Shown piece after piece: positions 7,891 to 15,497 of a DNA stretch of 43,313 bases. The stretch is from Euryarchaeota archaeon UBA40 (GTDB lineage Archaea > Thermoplasmatota > Poseidoniia > Poseidoniales > Thalassarchaeaceae). The stretch is taken from positions 1 through 43,313 of the forward strand of contig DAYJ01000014.1 of assembly GCA_002506875.1 (NCBI GenBank). The letters run 5' to 3'. The notes below the pieces were generated by a model. The model ran no database searches. It saw nothing but the letters and a program-made list of their open reading frames with translations, and had not been told where the DNA came from. A program made the translations under genes and the position numbers. Within the stretch, counting starts at the first letter, position 1; each line of letters opens with the position of its first letter.

Positions 7891-8943
7891 ATGGGACCCA
7901 TGGACGACCAACGACAGCGGAGCGGATGGGCTGCAGATGGCCCAGCGGGCCGCATCGCTACTCCTTTTGATTCATCTATCACAGGCAACAACCAAGTTCT
8001 CCCTGCACGCTTAGTTCGAATTCAGCATCTTGCCTGTCTTCCGCTTTGGGAGACCCAATTAAGATCTGAAAAGAAGAGTAATCATACAATTCGATCATAT
8101 ATGTCCACAGCACGACGATTCTCAGCGACAATTATTCCTGGAGAAGAGGAGGTTGATATCGAGGAAATATCAATCACAGAAATGCACGACCGCTGTAATC
8201 CAAACAACGGACGACTAGACCTATTCATTCAGGCCATCGCTAATCTAAGACCTGCGACAATCAACGCACGTATTGCTGCAGTAAGTCATCTGTTTCGTTA
8301 CATAGGGCACCGGATACCCGATTGGGTACATCGCCCCACTGCTTCTCGGCCTCTACCACGAACCCTCACTAGAGAAGAGGTCATGCGTGTTCGTAGGGCT
8401 GCTCAAGATTCAGAAAACCCCCTTGCTCATCCCATCATCACGCTTCTCCTTGATACCGGAATGCGTGTATCCGAGTTATGCGCTCTTGAGACTGGGACCA
8501 TCGATCTAGCTGACTGTTCAGCCAGAGTCTATGGAGGTAAGGGTGACAAGGATCGTACCGTACTATTCACAGAGCGCTCAGTAGATGCGATGGAAGCCTG
8601 GTTCGGGACACGGAGATTATTGATTCAAAGAAAGAATCCCCCTAACGACGATGTAGATGCCGTTTTCCTAACCAATCGCGTTGCACGTATCAGTACCCGC
8701 TATGTTCAGAAAATGATGGATGTCATTGCTGACGATGCCCTCATCCCGAGAACACGTCTGACACCTCATACCCTAAGACACAATTTCGCAACAGGCCTTC
8801 TTGAACGAGGAGTTGATCTTGTCTCAATCCAGAGGCTTCTAGGGCATTCCAACATTCAGACGACGCGGATTTATCTAGACATCAGTGATCAAACGTTGAG
8901 AGAAATCTACCATCGGGCCCAAAGTGCGTCTCTAGAAGAGTAA
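7891..8943 (+). CDS. xerA: Tyrosine recombinase, XerA/XerC/XerD-like
   Basis: Catalytic signature TGMRVSEL (Arg), GKGDKDR (Lys), HTLRHNFAT (H-x-x-R), LLGHSNIQTTRIY (His/Tyr). There are about 45 extra residues N-terminal to the core-binding domain. Confidence 0.85.
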   Translation: MGPMDDQRQRSGWAADGPAGRIATPFDSSITGNNQVLPARLVRIQHLACLPLWETQLRSEKKSNHTIRSYMSTARRFSATIIPGEEEVDIEEISITEMHDRCNPNNGRLDLFIQAIANLRPATINARIAAVSHLFRYIGHRIPDWVHRPTASRPLPRTLTREEVMRVRRAAQDSENPLAHPIITLLLDTGMRVSELCALETGTIDLADCSARVYGGKGDKDRTVLFTERSVDAMEAWFGTRRLLIQRKNPPNDDVDAVFLTNRVARISTRYVQKMMDVIADDALIPRTRLTPHTLRHNFATGLLERGVDLVSIQRLLGHSNIQTTRIYLDISDQTLREIYHRAQSASLEE

Positions 8944-9141
8944 TCACCGTTTCCGGCCTGGTCGCTTCTTGTTCTCACGCTTTTCGATATCTTCGGGACC
9001 TGTCCAATCCTTGGTTGCACGAACAATATTGCCAGTATGGCCTGGAATCGGACAGTGCTTACCAGAACGGCAACGAGAGCAATTGTCCTTGGGCGGAATC
9101 TCAAGAGGCTTCGTTAGCCGCCCGTACTTCCGCCTTGGCAT
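8944..9141 (-). CDS. Small, very basic protein with a zinc-knuckle-like Cys/His cluster
   Basis: 65 aa. CSRCRSGKHCPIPGH gives a C-x2-C-x4-H-(C)-x4-H pattern. Both ends are Lys/Arg-rich. It lies 38 nt downstream of the HhH gene on the same strand. No family recognised. Confidence 0.4.
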   Translation of the reverse strand: MPRRKYGRLTKPLEIPPKDNCSRCRSGKHCPIPGHTGNIVRATKDWTGPEDIEKRENKKRPGRKR

Positions 9142-9179
9142 GATTGCATTCCCGAGTTGAGGGGAGATAGTGAATGCGG

Positions 9180-9548
9180 TTAATCCGAGCGTCGAATACG
9201 CTTCATCATATCCTTAACACTCTTCGGAGCACTCAACTTTTTACCGATTTGATCGCCACGAACACCACTCTCTGTATCACTGATAGTAGACTTAGAAGAA
9301 GGGGCCTTCTTTGCTGGCTTCTCGGTTATCTTCTTCTTGGCCTTGGTAATTGCACTGGATGCGACCGCTTTGGCAATCTTGGTTGCAGTTCCTGCACTGA
9401 TGCCCGCTGCCTTGAGACCCTTAAGGCCGGCTTTAGCGACATCTGCCTTGGATTTCATACCAGCACCTGCCAACTTCTTCGCCGTTGCTTCCCCAACACC
9501 TGGGATAGCAGTCAACGCATCAATCACCTTCTTGCTTGGCTTCGCCAT
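9180..9548 (-). CDS. Helix-hairpin-helix (HhH) protein, Lys/Ala-rich; likely non-specific DNA binding
   Basis: I trimmed ORF 9180..9584 to ATG 9548 (MAKPSKK). It has the HhH motif LTAIPGVGEATAKKLAGAG and a second GISAGTATKIAKA, followed by a KKKITEKPAKKAPSSK tail. Confidence 0.55.
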   Translation of the reverse strand: MAKPSKKVIDALTAIPGVGEATAKKLAGAGMKSKADVAKAGLKGLKAAGISAGTATKIAKAVASSAITKAKKKITEKPAKKAPSSKSTISDTESGVRGDQIGKKLSAPKSVKDMMKRIRRSD

Positions 9549-9603
9549 GGTTAGGTTGGATTCTCGGCCGTGTATGAACATCACGCTGCATTACACCGGA
9601 TGA

Positions 9604-10386
9604 ATGATGACCGAGGGATGGAATCCAATCTCCATGGAGGACCGGTTCATCCTATGGGCGCAAGTGCGAAGTGGCACTCCGAGAATGCGTATCGACTCAG
9701 GAGGAGTCCTGCGGCCAGAACGATGGCCTGAGGGTGGAGGAATAGTATACCTCGGCGATGTTGCGAGTTCCTTCCTCAGCGCACTAGGACCGCATGCACC
9801 TCCAGAATTCATCGAACGTCCGGGATTCGACGAACAACGATGGACTCTAGCAGCATCCTCTAGCGGCTTACAGATTATCATCCGCAGCGAATCGTACTGG
9901 GGTTTCGCGCTGCTTGCTCGATGTTATCTAAACCGTATCGAGATTATTGGTGAACGCAGTGATGTCGGTCGGCTCGTGATGGATGTCTTAGCTAGCCTTG
10001 GCCATAATCCATGGAATGCTGCATTTGGTTGGGCTTTCAAACGGCATACGAACCTATCAATCCCTGAACATCGAGAAGAATGGTCAGGATTAGCGTCTTC
10101 AGGTAAAGAGGAAATGGATGCTGCAATCGATCTACTTGAGGATAGATTACGAAAACTGCAAGCAGGAAGTGAGAATGTTAGAAAGGTCCATGTCGAAGAA
10201 GCCAGAAATGACATCGATCGAGCAAGAAAAGCACTTCTCGAACGAAACCTACCTTCCGCGATGCGCGCAATGGCTCGTGCTGAGAAAGAACTCATCCTCG
10301 CAGACCCTGATACTAGATCGGATATTGATAAAATGGAAGAGAATGATGAGGGAATTCCCTATGTCGATCTGACTGGTGAGGAATAA
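9604..10386 (+). CDS. Hypothetical protein with a helical, coiled-coil-like C-terminal third and an acidic C-terminus
   Basis: Long ORF with no competing frame. No recognised motifs. C-terminus is ..MEENDEGIPYVDLTGEE. Confidence 0.45.
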   Translation: MMTEGWNPISMEDRFILWAQVRSGTPRMRIDSGGVLRPERWPEGGGIVYLGDVASSFLSALGPHAPPEFIERPGFDEQRWTLAASSSGLQIIIRSESYWGFALLARCYLNRIEIIGERSDVGRLVMDVLASLGHNPWNAAFGWAFKRHTNLSIPEHREEWSGLASSGKEEMDAAIDLLEDRLRKLQAGSENVRKVHVEEARNDIDRARKALLERNLPSAMRAMARAEKELILADPDTRSDIDKMEENDEGIPYVDLTGEE

Positions 10387-10575
10387 TCAACCAATTTTTT
10401 CCCAAATCCACTGCCAGACGCCGTGGTTTGCAAGATAAATGACGATAGATAAGGCAAAACAAGCTGCATATACTGCACTCTTCGGAATTTGAAGGGCATC
10501 TTCAGACTCCTCATCGAAGTACCGAATGAGCCCTGCAGCTTGCTGGATGCCGCTGTTATCCTTCTTCTTCGCCAT
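10387..10575 (-). CDS. secG: Preprotein translocase Sec61-beta (archaeal SecG/Sec-beta)
   Basis: MAKKKDNSGIQQAAGLIRYFDEE followed by a single C-terminal TM (AVYAACFALSIVIYLAN). This is the hallmark AGLIRYFDE box of archaeal and eukaryotic Sec61-beta. An alternative start lies at 10584. Confidence 0.8.
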   Translation of the reverse strand: MAKKKDNSGIQQAAGLIRYFDEESEDALQIPKSAVYAACFALSIVIYLANHGVWQWIWEKIG

Positions 10576-10637
10576 GCGAACCATTCTTCCCGACCGAGGG
10601 GGCCTATTTGACCGTGACGCACACGGATTCGCCGTAA

Positions 10638-11069
10638 TCAGGGTGCTAAAGCTTCGACAAGAACGACGCCGTCGTGGAATTCTACGATACGTGAAGCGGA
10701 TTCTACCGCTGCATCGAGAGTATGAGTCATGAATAGTTCACGGCGACGACCATCCTTCATCTGTAACACCAAACGATGGGTTAGTTTGGAAAGCGTTGAT
10801 CGGTCAACTGTTTGCCAAACCCAGTGGTCGGTCTCAATGGTCACAAGAGCTTCAACAGGTACCAATGCACCTTCTGCACGCCCATAGAGGCGTGCCCGAT
10901 CGGTCAAGGAACGTAGTTTACGTACTGTTTCGTTCGTGTTCGTACGAATCAATCGACCCTCGTCCTTAGCGTATCTCGATGACCTTCGGCTAATCTGTTC
11001 CTGCATTTCCATCCCATCCCGACCTTTGCAGGTCGATGCATCCAATCTTGAAAATAGATATTTAATCAT
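10638..11069 (-). CDS. Hypothetical protein
   Basis: 143-aa ORF, 28 nt downstream of the membrane-protein gene on the same strand. No motif recognised. Confidence 0.4.
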   Translation of the reverse strand: MIKYLFSRLDASTCKGRDGMEMQEQISRRSSRYAKDEGRLIRTNTNETVRKLRSLTDRARLYGRAEGALVPVEALVTIETDHWVWQTVDRSTLSKLTHRLVLQMKDGRRRELFMTHTLDAAVESASRIVEFHDGVVLVEALAP

Positions 11070-11097
11070 GATTGCAAATTAACTATTGATACGCCGT

Positions 11098-12162
11098 TTA
11101 AGGGGAGGATGATTTAGAGCCAAAGTGTCGATCAAGATAATTCCAAGATTGAGATACGAAGAAGAGAGGTAGGCACCCCAATAGGAGGATTAGGCTAGGT
11201 TCAGATGTGATTACCAAGAGAGCAATCCCGGCAAATCCACCGAATATGGCTCCACGATGTGCTGACCTATTCCTGAGATCCATACCGATGCGAGGTAATT
11301 GCGAGCCTAGAGCTCCAAGTGCAGACACTGTACCAATTGTCCATAGGACTGAAAGATTAGGTGCACCCCCTACGAATACAGCTATTCCTGGTCCAAGCAG
11401 AGTTAGTAGTGTAATGCCAAAAGATGGCCAGGTCATTCCACTAGAATACCGGCTGGATTCAGTTGTTCCCCCCATCATGTCCGAAACAGAGAACATCATG
11501 AGAACAACAACCAGATGGTACGCTCGTACCACCGGCTCAAGTTCCAATACTGAATCCGGTCTAAGGGTCAGTAAAGTAGTCATGAGGGCGATAGCAAATC
11601 CTAGATTTGCATCAGATTTACGTACTCTTCGACAATTCATCGATGATGATGTTCGGATCAGAAGTTCGGCAATCAGGAGTCCTTGGATTGAATTAATCAT
11701 CAATGAGGTGAACGATGGTTCGGGTACAAATGAGGATATTTCGAACGATGATGATACTGGAGTAAAAGCCCCGGATGATGTACCCACAGCGATTAGAGGA
11801 AGAAGATGAGCCGTCATCATGATCCAAGGCCCTGATCCACGTCTTCCTTGGCAAATTAGAATCCATACTGATCCGGTAAATGCGCAGATCAGTATGCCTC
11901 CCTCAGGCCCCCCTGCAAGATACTGGACTGCAGTAAAGATGGAATCAGAAACTCCCCAGAGGGTTGCATGAACATGAGATGGTTCGCCTCGATGGCCACT
12001 CACGGCAAGAAGAATCGCAGTACCCAGTAAAGCGATAGGAATCAAGAGAAGAAGACGTTCGAAACGTTCTGCTTCGCTGGTAAAACGTCTTCCAATAGCT
12101 GGCCCAAACCAAATCAATGGTAAAATCAGGACCTGGATAAGAAGCAGGTCTTCGATGCCCAT
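11098..12162 (-). CDS. Polytopic integral membrane protein (about 9-10 TM), function unknown
   Basis: Hydrophobic segments run throughout. The ORF track start at 12165 is TTG, and ATG follows at 12162. Confidence 0.5.
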   Translation of the reverse strand: MGIEDLLLIQVLILPLIWFGPAIGRRFTSEAERFERLLLLIPIALLGTAILLAVSGHRGEPSHVHATLWGVSDSIFTAVQYLAGGPEGGILICAFTGSVWILICQGRRGSGPWIMMTAHLLPLIAVGTSSGAFTPVSSSFEISSFVPEPSFTSLMINSIQGLLIAELLIRTSSSMNCRRVRKSDANLGFAIALMTTLLTLRPDSVLELEPVVRAYHLVVVLMMFSVSDMMGGTTESSRYSSGMTWPSFGITLLTLLGPGIAVFVGGAPNLSVLWTIGTVSALGALGSQLPRIGMDLRNRSAHRGAIFGGFAGIALLVITSEPSLILLLGCLPLFFVSQSWNYLDRHFGSKSSSP

Positions 12163-12164
12163 CA

Positions 12165-13859
12165 ATGCGGCTCTTTACACACAAGGCATTGAACCGTGCG
12201 GAAGTCTGTCGCTACAATCATTCGATGGTGGATGGACGGATAGTCGTGGGAGACGACCAAAGGCCGTGGAGGCAACAAGCCGAGGAGAGCCTTCTGCTTG
12301 TTGCTATGGAGGCATGGCACGGGGAATCTGATATATGGCTTGAAGCTGCACTTCCTCGGTTGGATGAAACCTTACGTGTAAATCCACTTCGCAGAGAATG
12401 CGACTGGGTTCGACAACGTATCGAAGAAATGGGAGGGAGGGCCCTCGGTTGGGTTCCTAATGCCTATGTTATGCCATGGGAGCGAGGGGGAGCTCCTGCA
12501 GATATCAAGCCCCTGTTCAATGCGTTCCATGAAACTGGACGTACCACTAGACAGGAAGCTGTATCCATGATTCCACCAATGATGTTTGATCTAAATCCTG
12601 GAGAAATCGTTCTTGACATGTGCGCATCACCTGGATCAAAGAGTACGCATCTCGCCGAGATACTCGCTGGAAAGGGGGGGGTGATTGCCAACGATGTTTC
12701 TCGTTCGCGCACAAATACATTGGTTGCAAATGCTCAACGAGCATCATGCTCCAATCTAATGATAATTCAACACGATGGTCGGCATGTTCCCAGAGGTACT
12801 GGTCAGGGATACGATGCTGTACTCGTCGATGCACCTTGTACTGGATCGGCAACCACGCGGAAGAATCCCGATGTTTGGAGAAAATGGCAACCATCTGCAG
12901 GACTGGAATTACACAAATTGCAGATATCTCTACTGAATCGAGCAATTGATGTTGTTCGACCCGGTGGCACTGTGGTCTACTCTACCTGTTCAATTGATCC
13001 AGTAGAAAATGAAGCCGTCATTGCACGGATTCTCGAAGAAAGAGATGATGTCGTGTCTATCCAATTCGAACCATCCCGTACACCGGGCCTCATTTATCGC
13101 CCCGGCATGGATGAATGGGCCGTATTTGATGACGATATGGAGATTATTTCAGATGGATCTGGTGCTCCTCCACATAATCCCAAAATTCGAGAAGCACTTG
13201 GCAAATGTGTTCGATTACTTCAACAAGATACGGGGCAAGGTGGATTCTTCTTCGCAATTTTACAGAAGAAGGCAGATGCGATGATGGAGATTAGACCAGA
13301 TGCTCGTCGAATTATTCCAAACTCCAAACGAAAGGGCATACACCCCTCTATAGTAAGCGAAGAAACCCTAGATATAATCCAAACAGATCATGACCCAATA
13401 CTCTCAGATGCTTCAATCTGGAAGAGAGGGAAACGCATCCTCTGGGCGAGTCAAGCGATGAAGAAGCGTGTATGGGATATGGATACAAATTCACGACCGG
13501 ATCGAATACATCTAGGAAAACAATGGTCGCCGCTGAATATCATACATGTAGGGGTCCGAGGTTGGGAAGATCGCGGAGGTAGGAACATTCGTCTGTCCTC
13601 TGAAGCGATGCATAGTATCCCACTCGGAACGGAGGGAGAGAGAATTCACGATGTTACTCCAGAGGCCCTAATACGGATTCTCAAACAGGAGGAGCCCGCT
13701 GAAAATGAGCAAGGTTATGATTCTGGTGGGCACATCCTAAGATGCGAGTTTGATGGAGTAGAGTGGAGACTACCTGTATGGGTGGGTGAGCGTATCACTG
13801 GAATGTGGAAGGATACAGAAGCACTCATCTTATTGGATCGATTCAAGGACGTGATCTAA
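12165..13859 (+). CDS. NOL1/NOP2/Sun-family RNA (cytosine-C5)-methyltransferase with a C-terminal extension of about 200 aa
   Basis: SAM-binding motif VLDMCASPGSKSTHLAE. Catalytic motifs DAPCTGSATTRKNPDVW and VYSTCSIDPVENE. The start is uncertain: ATG 12165 abuts the divergent gene start, and ATG 12225 (MVDGR) is an alternative. Confidence 0.85.
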   Translation: MRLFTHKALNRAEVCRYNHSMVDGRIVVGDDQRPWRQQAEESLLLVAMEAWHGESDIWLEAALPRLDETLRVNPLRRECDWVRQRIEEMGGRALGWVPNAYVMPWERGGAPADIKPLFNAFHETGRTTRQEAVSMIPPMMFDLNPGEIVLDMCASPGSKSTHLAEILAGKGGVIANDVSRSRTNTLVANAQRASCSNLMIIQHDGRHVPRGTGQGYDAVLVDAPCTGSATTRKNPDVWRKWQPSAGLELHKLQISLLNRAIDVVRPGGTVVYSTCSIDPVENEAVIARILEERDDVVSIQFEPSRTPGLIYRPGMDEWAVFDDDMEIISDGSGAPPHNPKIREALGKCVRLLQQDTGQGGFFFAILQKKADAMMEIRPDARRIIPNSKRKGIHPSIVSEETLDIIQTDHDPILSDASIWKRGKRILWASQAMKKRVWDMDTNSRPDRIHLGKQWSPLNIIHVGVRGWEDRGGRNIRLSSEAMHSIPLGTEGERIHDVTPEALIRILKQEEPAENEQGYDSGGHILRCEFDGVEWRLPVWVGERITGMWKDTEALILLDRFKDVI

Positions 13860-14929
13860 TGAATATTCGATTCTGCGTATTGAGTATATTCTTGGCGGTG
13901 CTCCTGATGCCAATGGTACAGGCAGCCCAATTGATTGAGGTGTTCGTTCCAAATGGAGGAACCATTCAGGATATCGTAGATGAGGAACTCCTAGAGGAAG
14001 TGCAATCAAGTGAAGCTATCCTCATCTCATGGCACTCTGATAATGAGGACCCATTGAACATCCTCGCTGCAGAACAGAGAGCCGTTGCACTAAATGCCTC
14101 AACAGGAGATATTCGGTATGATGGAACGCTCCTAGCAGGAGATATTCAATCGGGACAAGATATCCAAGTCCATACCCGATGGACAGAGACAGGAGACATT
14201 TCAATCGACGCTCAGATACGACTCAACGAGACAATTGGAGACGAAGTAATCATCCGATGGTTGATTCTACGGCCATCAATCTCTGTTGATAGTCACCCTC
14301 TAGCTCCTAATGACTTGAATGTGGTCGCCTACCATGCATGGACTTCAACCTTCAACCGTAGCGAAGGGGCAGATGAGGTATGGAACCATGTAGTGCAACC
14401 AACGACTTTGTTGGAATGGGGTATCGAACCAGGAGAAAATGTCCGGGTTGTAACCAGCCTGATTTCGATGAATGATCATCTAGTCCATGCTTCTGGAATT
14501 AGTCATCTTGATGCACATGTAGCCGAGAAAGGTGCGAAGAGTACTGCAACTGCAAGCCTCATTATGGGTATTGGAATCCTTTCCCTCACAGCAGTATTTA
14601 TCGGTGAAAAAAAACGGCAACAGTCAATGCCTAAAATTCGGCCAATCGTGACTGGTAACGGCGACAATATCCAACACCGTATCCATGTTCAAGCTGGTGC
14701 AGCTGGTATCGTAATTGATGGTATCGAAGGAGGGCGGACATGGAGAATGGTTGCACGACGGAATCTACCAATAAGATTGGAGCCAAAAGAGGAAACAGAA
14801 ATTCAAATTCGAAAATTACGGGCAATTGAACATGATGACCCCTGCACAATCAAGATGGAAGTCGACGGGCATGACCGGTGGATACTAGATCTAAGGTTCC
14901 CGAGAAAAGTTGCGAGTGAGGAAGAGTAA
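13859..14929 (+). CDS. Type I membrane protein: signal peptide, ectodomain, one TM, and a ~100-aa cytoplasmic beta-rich domain
   Basis: I trimmed ORF 13805 to ATG 13859, which overlaps the upstream stop (TAATG). Signal peptide MNIRFCVLSIFLAVLLMPMVQAAQ. TM LIMGIGILSLTAVFIG followed by EKKRQQ. Confidence 0.5.
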   Translation: MNIRFCVLSIFLAVLLMPMVQAAQLIEVFVPNGGTIQDIVDEELLEEVQSSEAILISWHSDNEDPLNILAAEQRAVALNASTGDIRYDGTLLAGDIQSGQDIQVHTRWTETGDISIDAQIRLNETIGDEVIIRWLILRPSISVDSHPLAPNDLNVVAYHAWTSTFNRSEGADEVWNHVVQPTTLLEWGIEPGENVRVVTSLISMNDHLVHASGISHLDAHVAEKGAKSTATASLIMGIGILSLTAVFIGEKKRQQSMPKIRPIVTGNGDNIQHRIHVQAGAAGIVIDGIEGGRTWRMVARRNLPIRLEPKEETEIQIRKLRAIEHDDPCTIKMEVDGHDRWILDLRFPRKVASEEE

Positions 14930-15004
14930 CTGTTGGAACTAGGTTATTCGCTGGAAACTTCAAGAGCGGCGGACCGAACTGCGTAGCCCCGAAGGCGATG
15001 TGGA

Positions 15005-15469
15005 ATGCTCGACGACACCGACCGTGCAATCCTCGCCCAATTGATCGAGGATGGGACCCGTTCCAATCGAACCGTTGCAGAAGCGATTGGTGTCTCACAA
15101 GGAACTGTCAGCAATCGAGTAAAGCGATTAGAAGAACTGGGCGTCATCCTCGGATATACTGCACGCATAGATCCAGAGAAGGTTGGATGGAGAATTACAG
15201 TAGTGATAGGCATCCGAATAGAAAAGGGACGATTACTCGAAATCCAAGGGAGAATTGCAGAAGACCCGCGTGTTATCTCAGTATACGATGTCACAGGGGA
15301 TTACGACTCGATGGTAATTGCTCTCGCCAAAGACAGAGAGGACCTCAACGATTTGACAAAAACCGTCCTCTCCATCGATGGTATCGAACGTTCTCACACA
15401 CATATGGTTCTGAACACAGTAAAGGACTCCAAGATAGAGATGCCGAAGAATCACAAAGATGGCGCTTGA
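15005..15469 (+). CDS. lrp: Lrp/AsnC family transcriptional regulator
   Basis: LDDTDRAILAQLIEDGTRSNRTVAEAIGVSQGTVSNRVKRLEELGVI (HTH) plus a C-terminal RAM/AsnC_trans_reg-like domain (VYDVTGDYDSMVIA). Confidence 0.9.
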   Translation: MLDDTDRAILAQLIEDGTRSNRTVAEAIGVSQGTVSNRVKRLEELGVILGYTARIDPEKVGWRITVVIGIRIEKGRLLEIQGRIAEDPRVISVYDVTGDYDSMVIALAKDREDLNDLTKTVLSIDGIERSHTHMVLNTVKDSKIEMPKNHKDGA

Positions 15470-15486
15470 TATGGCCTCGGCCCCAT

Positions 15487-15491
15487 GAGGT
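15487..15491 (+). promoter_or_regulatory. Shine-Dalgarno sequence (GAGGT) for the SNF2 gene
   Basis: GAGGT lies 6 nt upstream of ATG 15498 and only 18 nt after the lrp stop. This suggests lrp-SNF2 co-transcription. Confidence 0.5.
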
Positions 15492-15497
15492 CGTCTC

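Noticed and set aside
7891-8943. The tyrosine recombinase as the marker of an integrated mobile element, taken together with ParA, SNF2 and Toprim.
   Set aside because: The region between these genes is filled with housekeeping genes (Sec61-beta, the NSUN methyltransferase, the cox operon). I noticed no flanking direct repeats or tRNA-adjacent junction. The protein looks like a chromosomal XerA-type dimer-resolution enzyme.
12674-12681. Homopolymer runs inside coding regions as possible phase-variation or frameshift sites: G8 at 12674-12681, C7 near 26544, G7 near 22065 and G7 near 28883.
   Set aside because: All reading frames stay intact through the runs and encode sensible residues (for example AGKGGVIAND). 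There is no evidence of slippage. I note them only as sequencing-error-prone positions.
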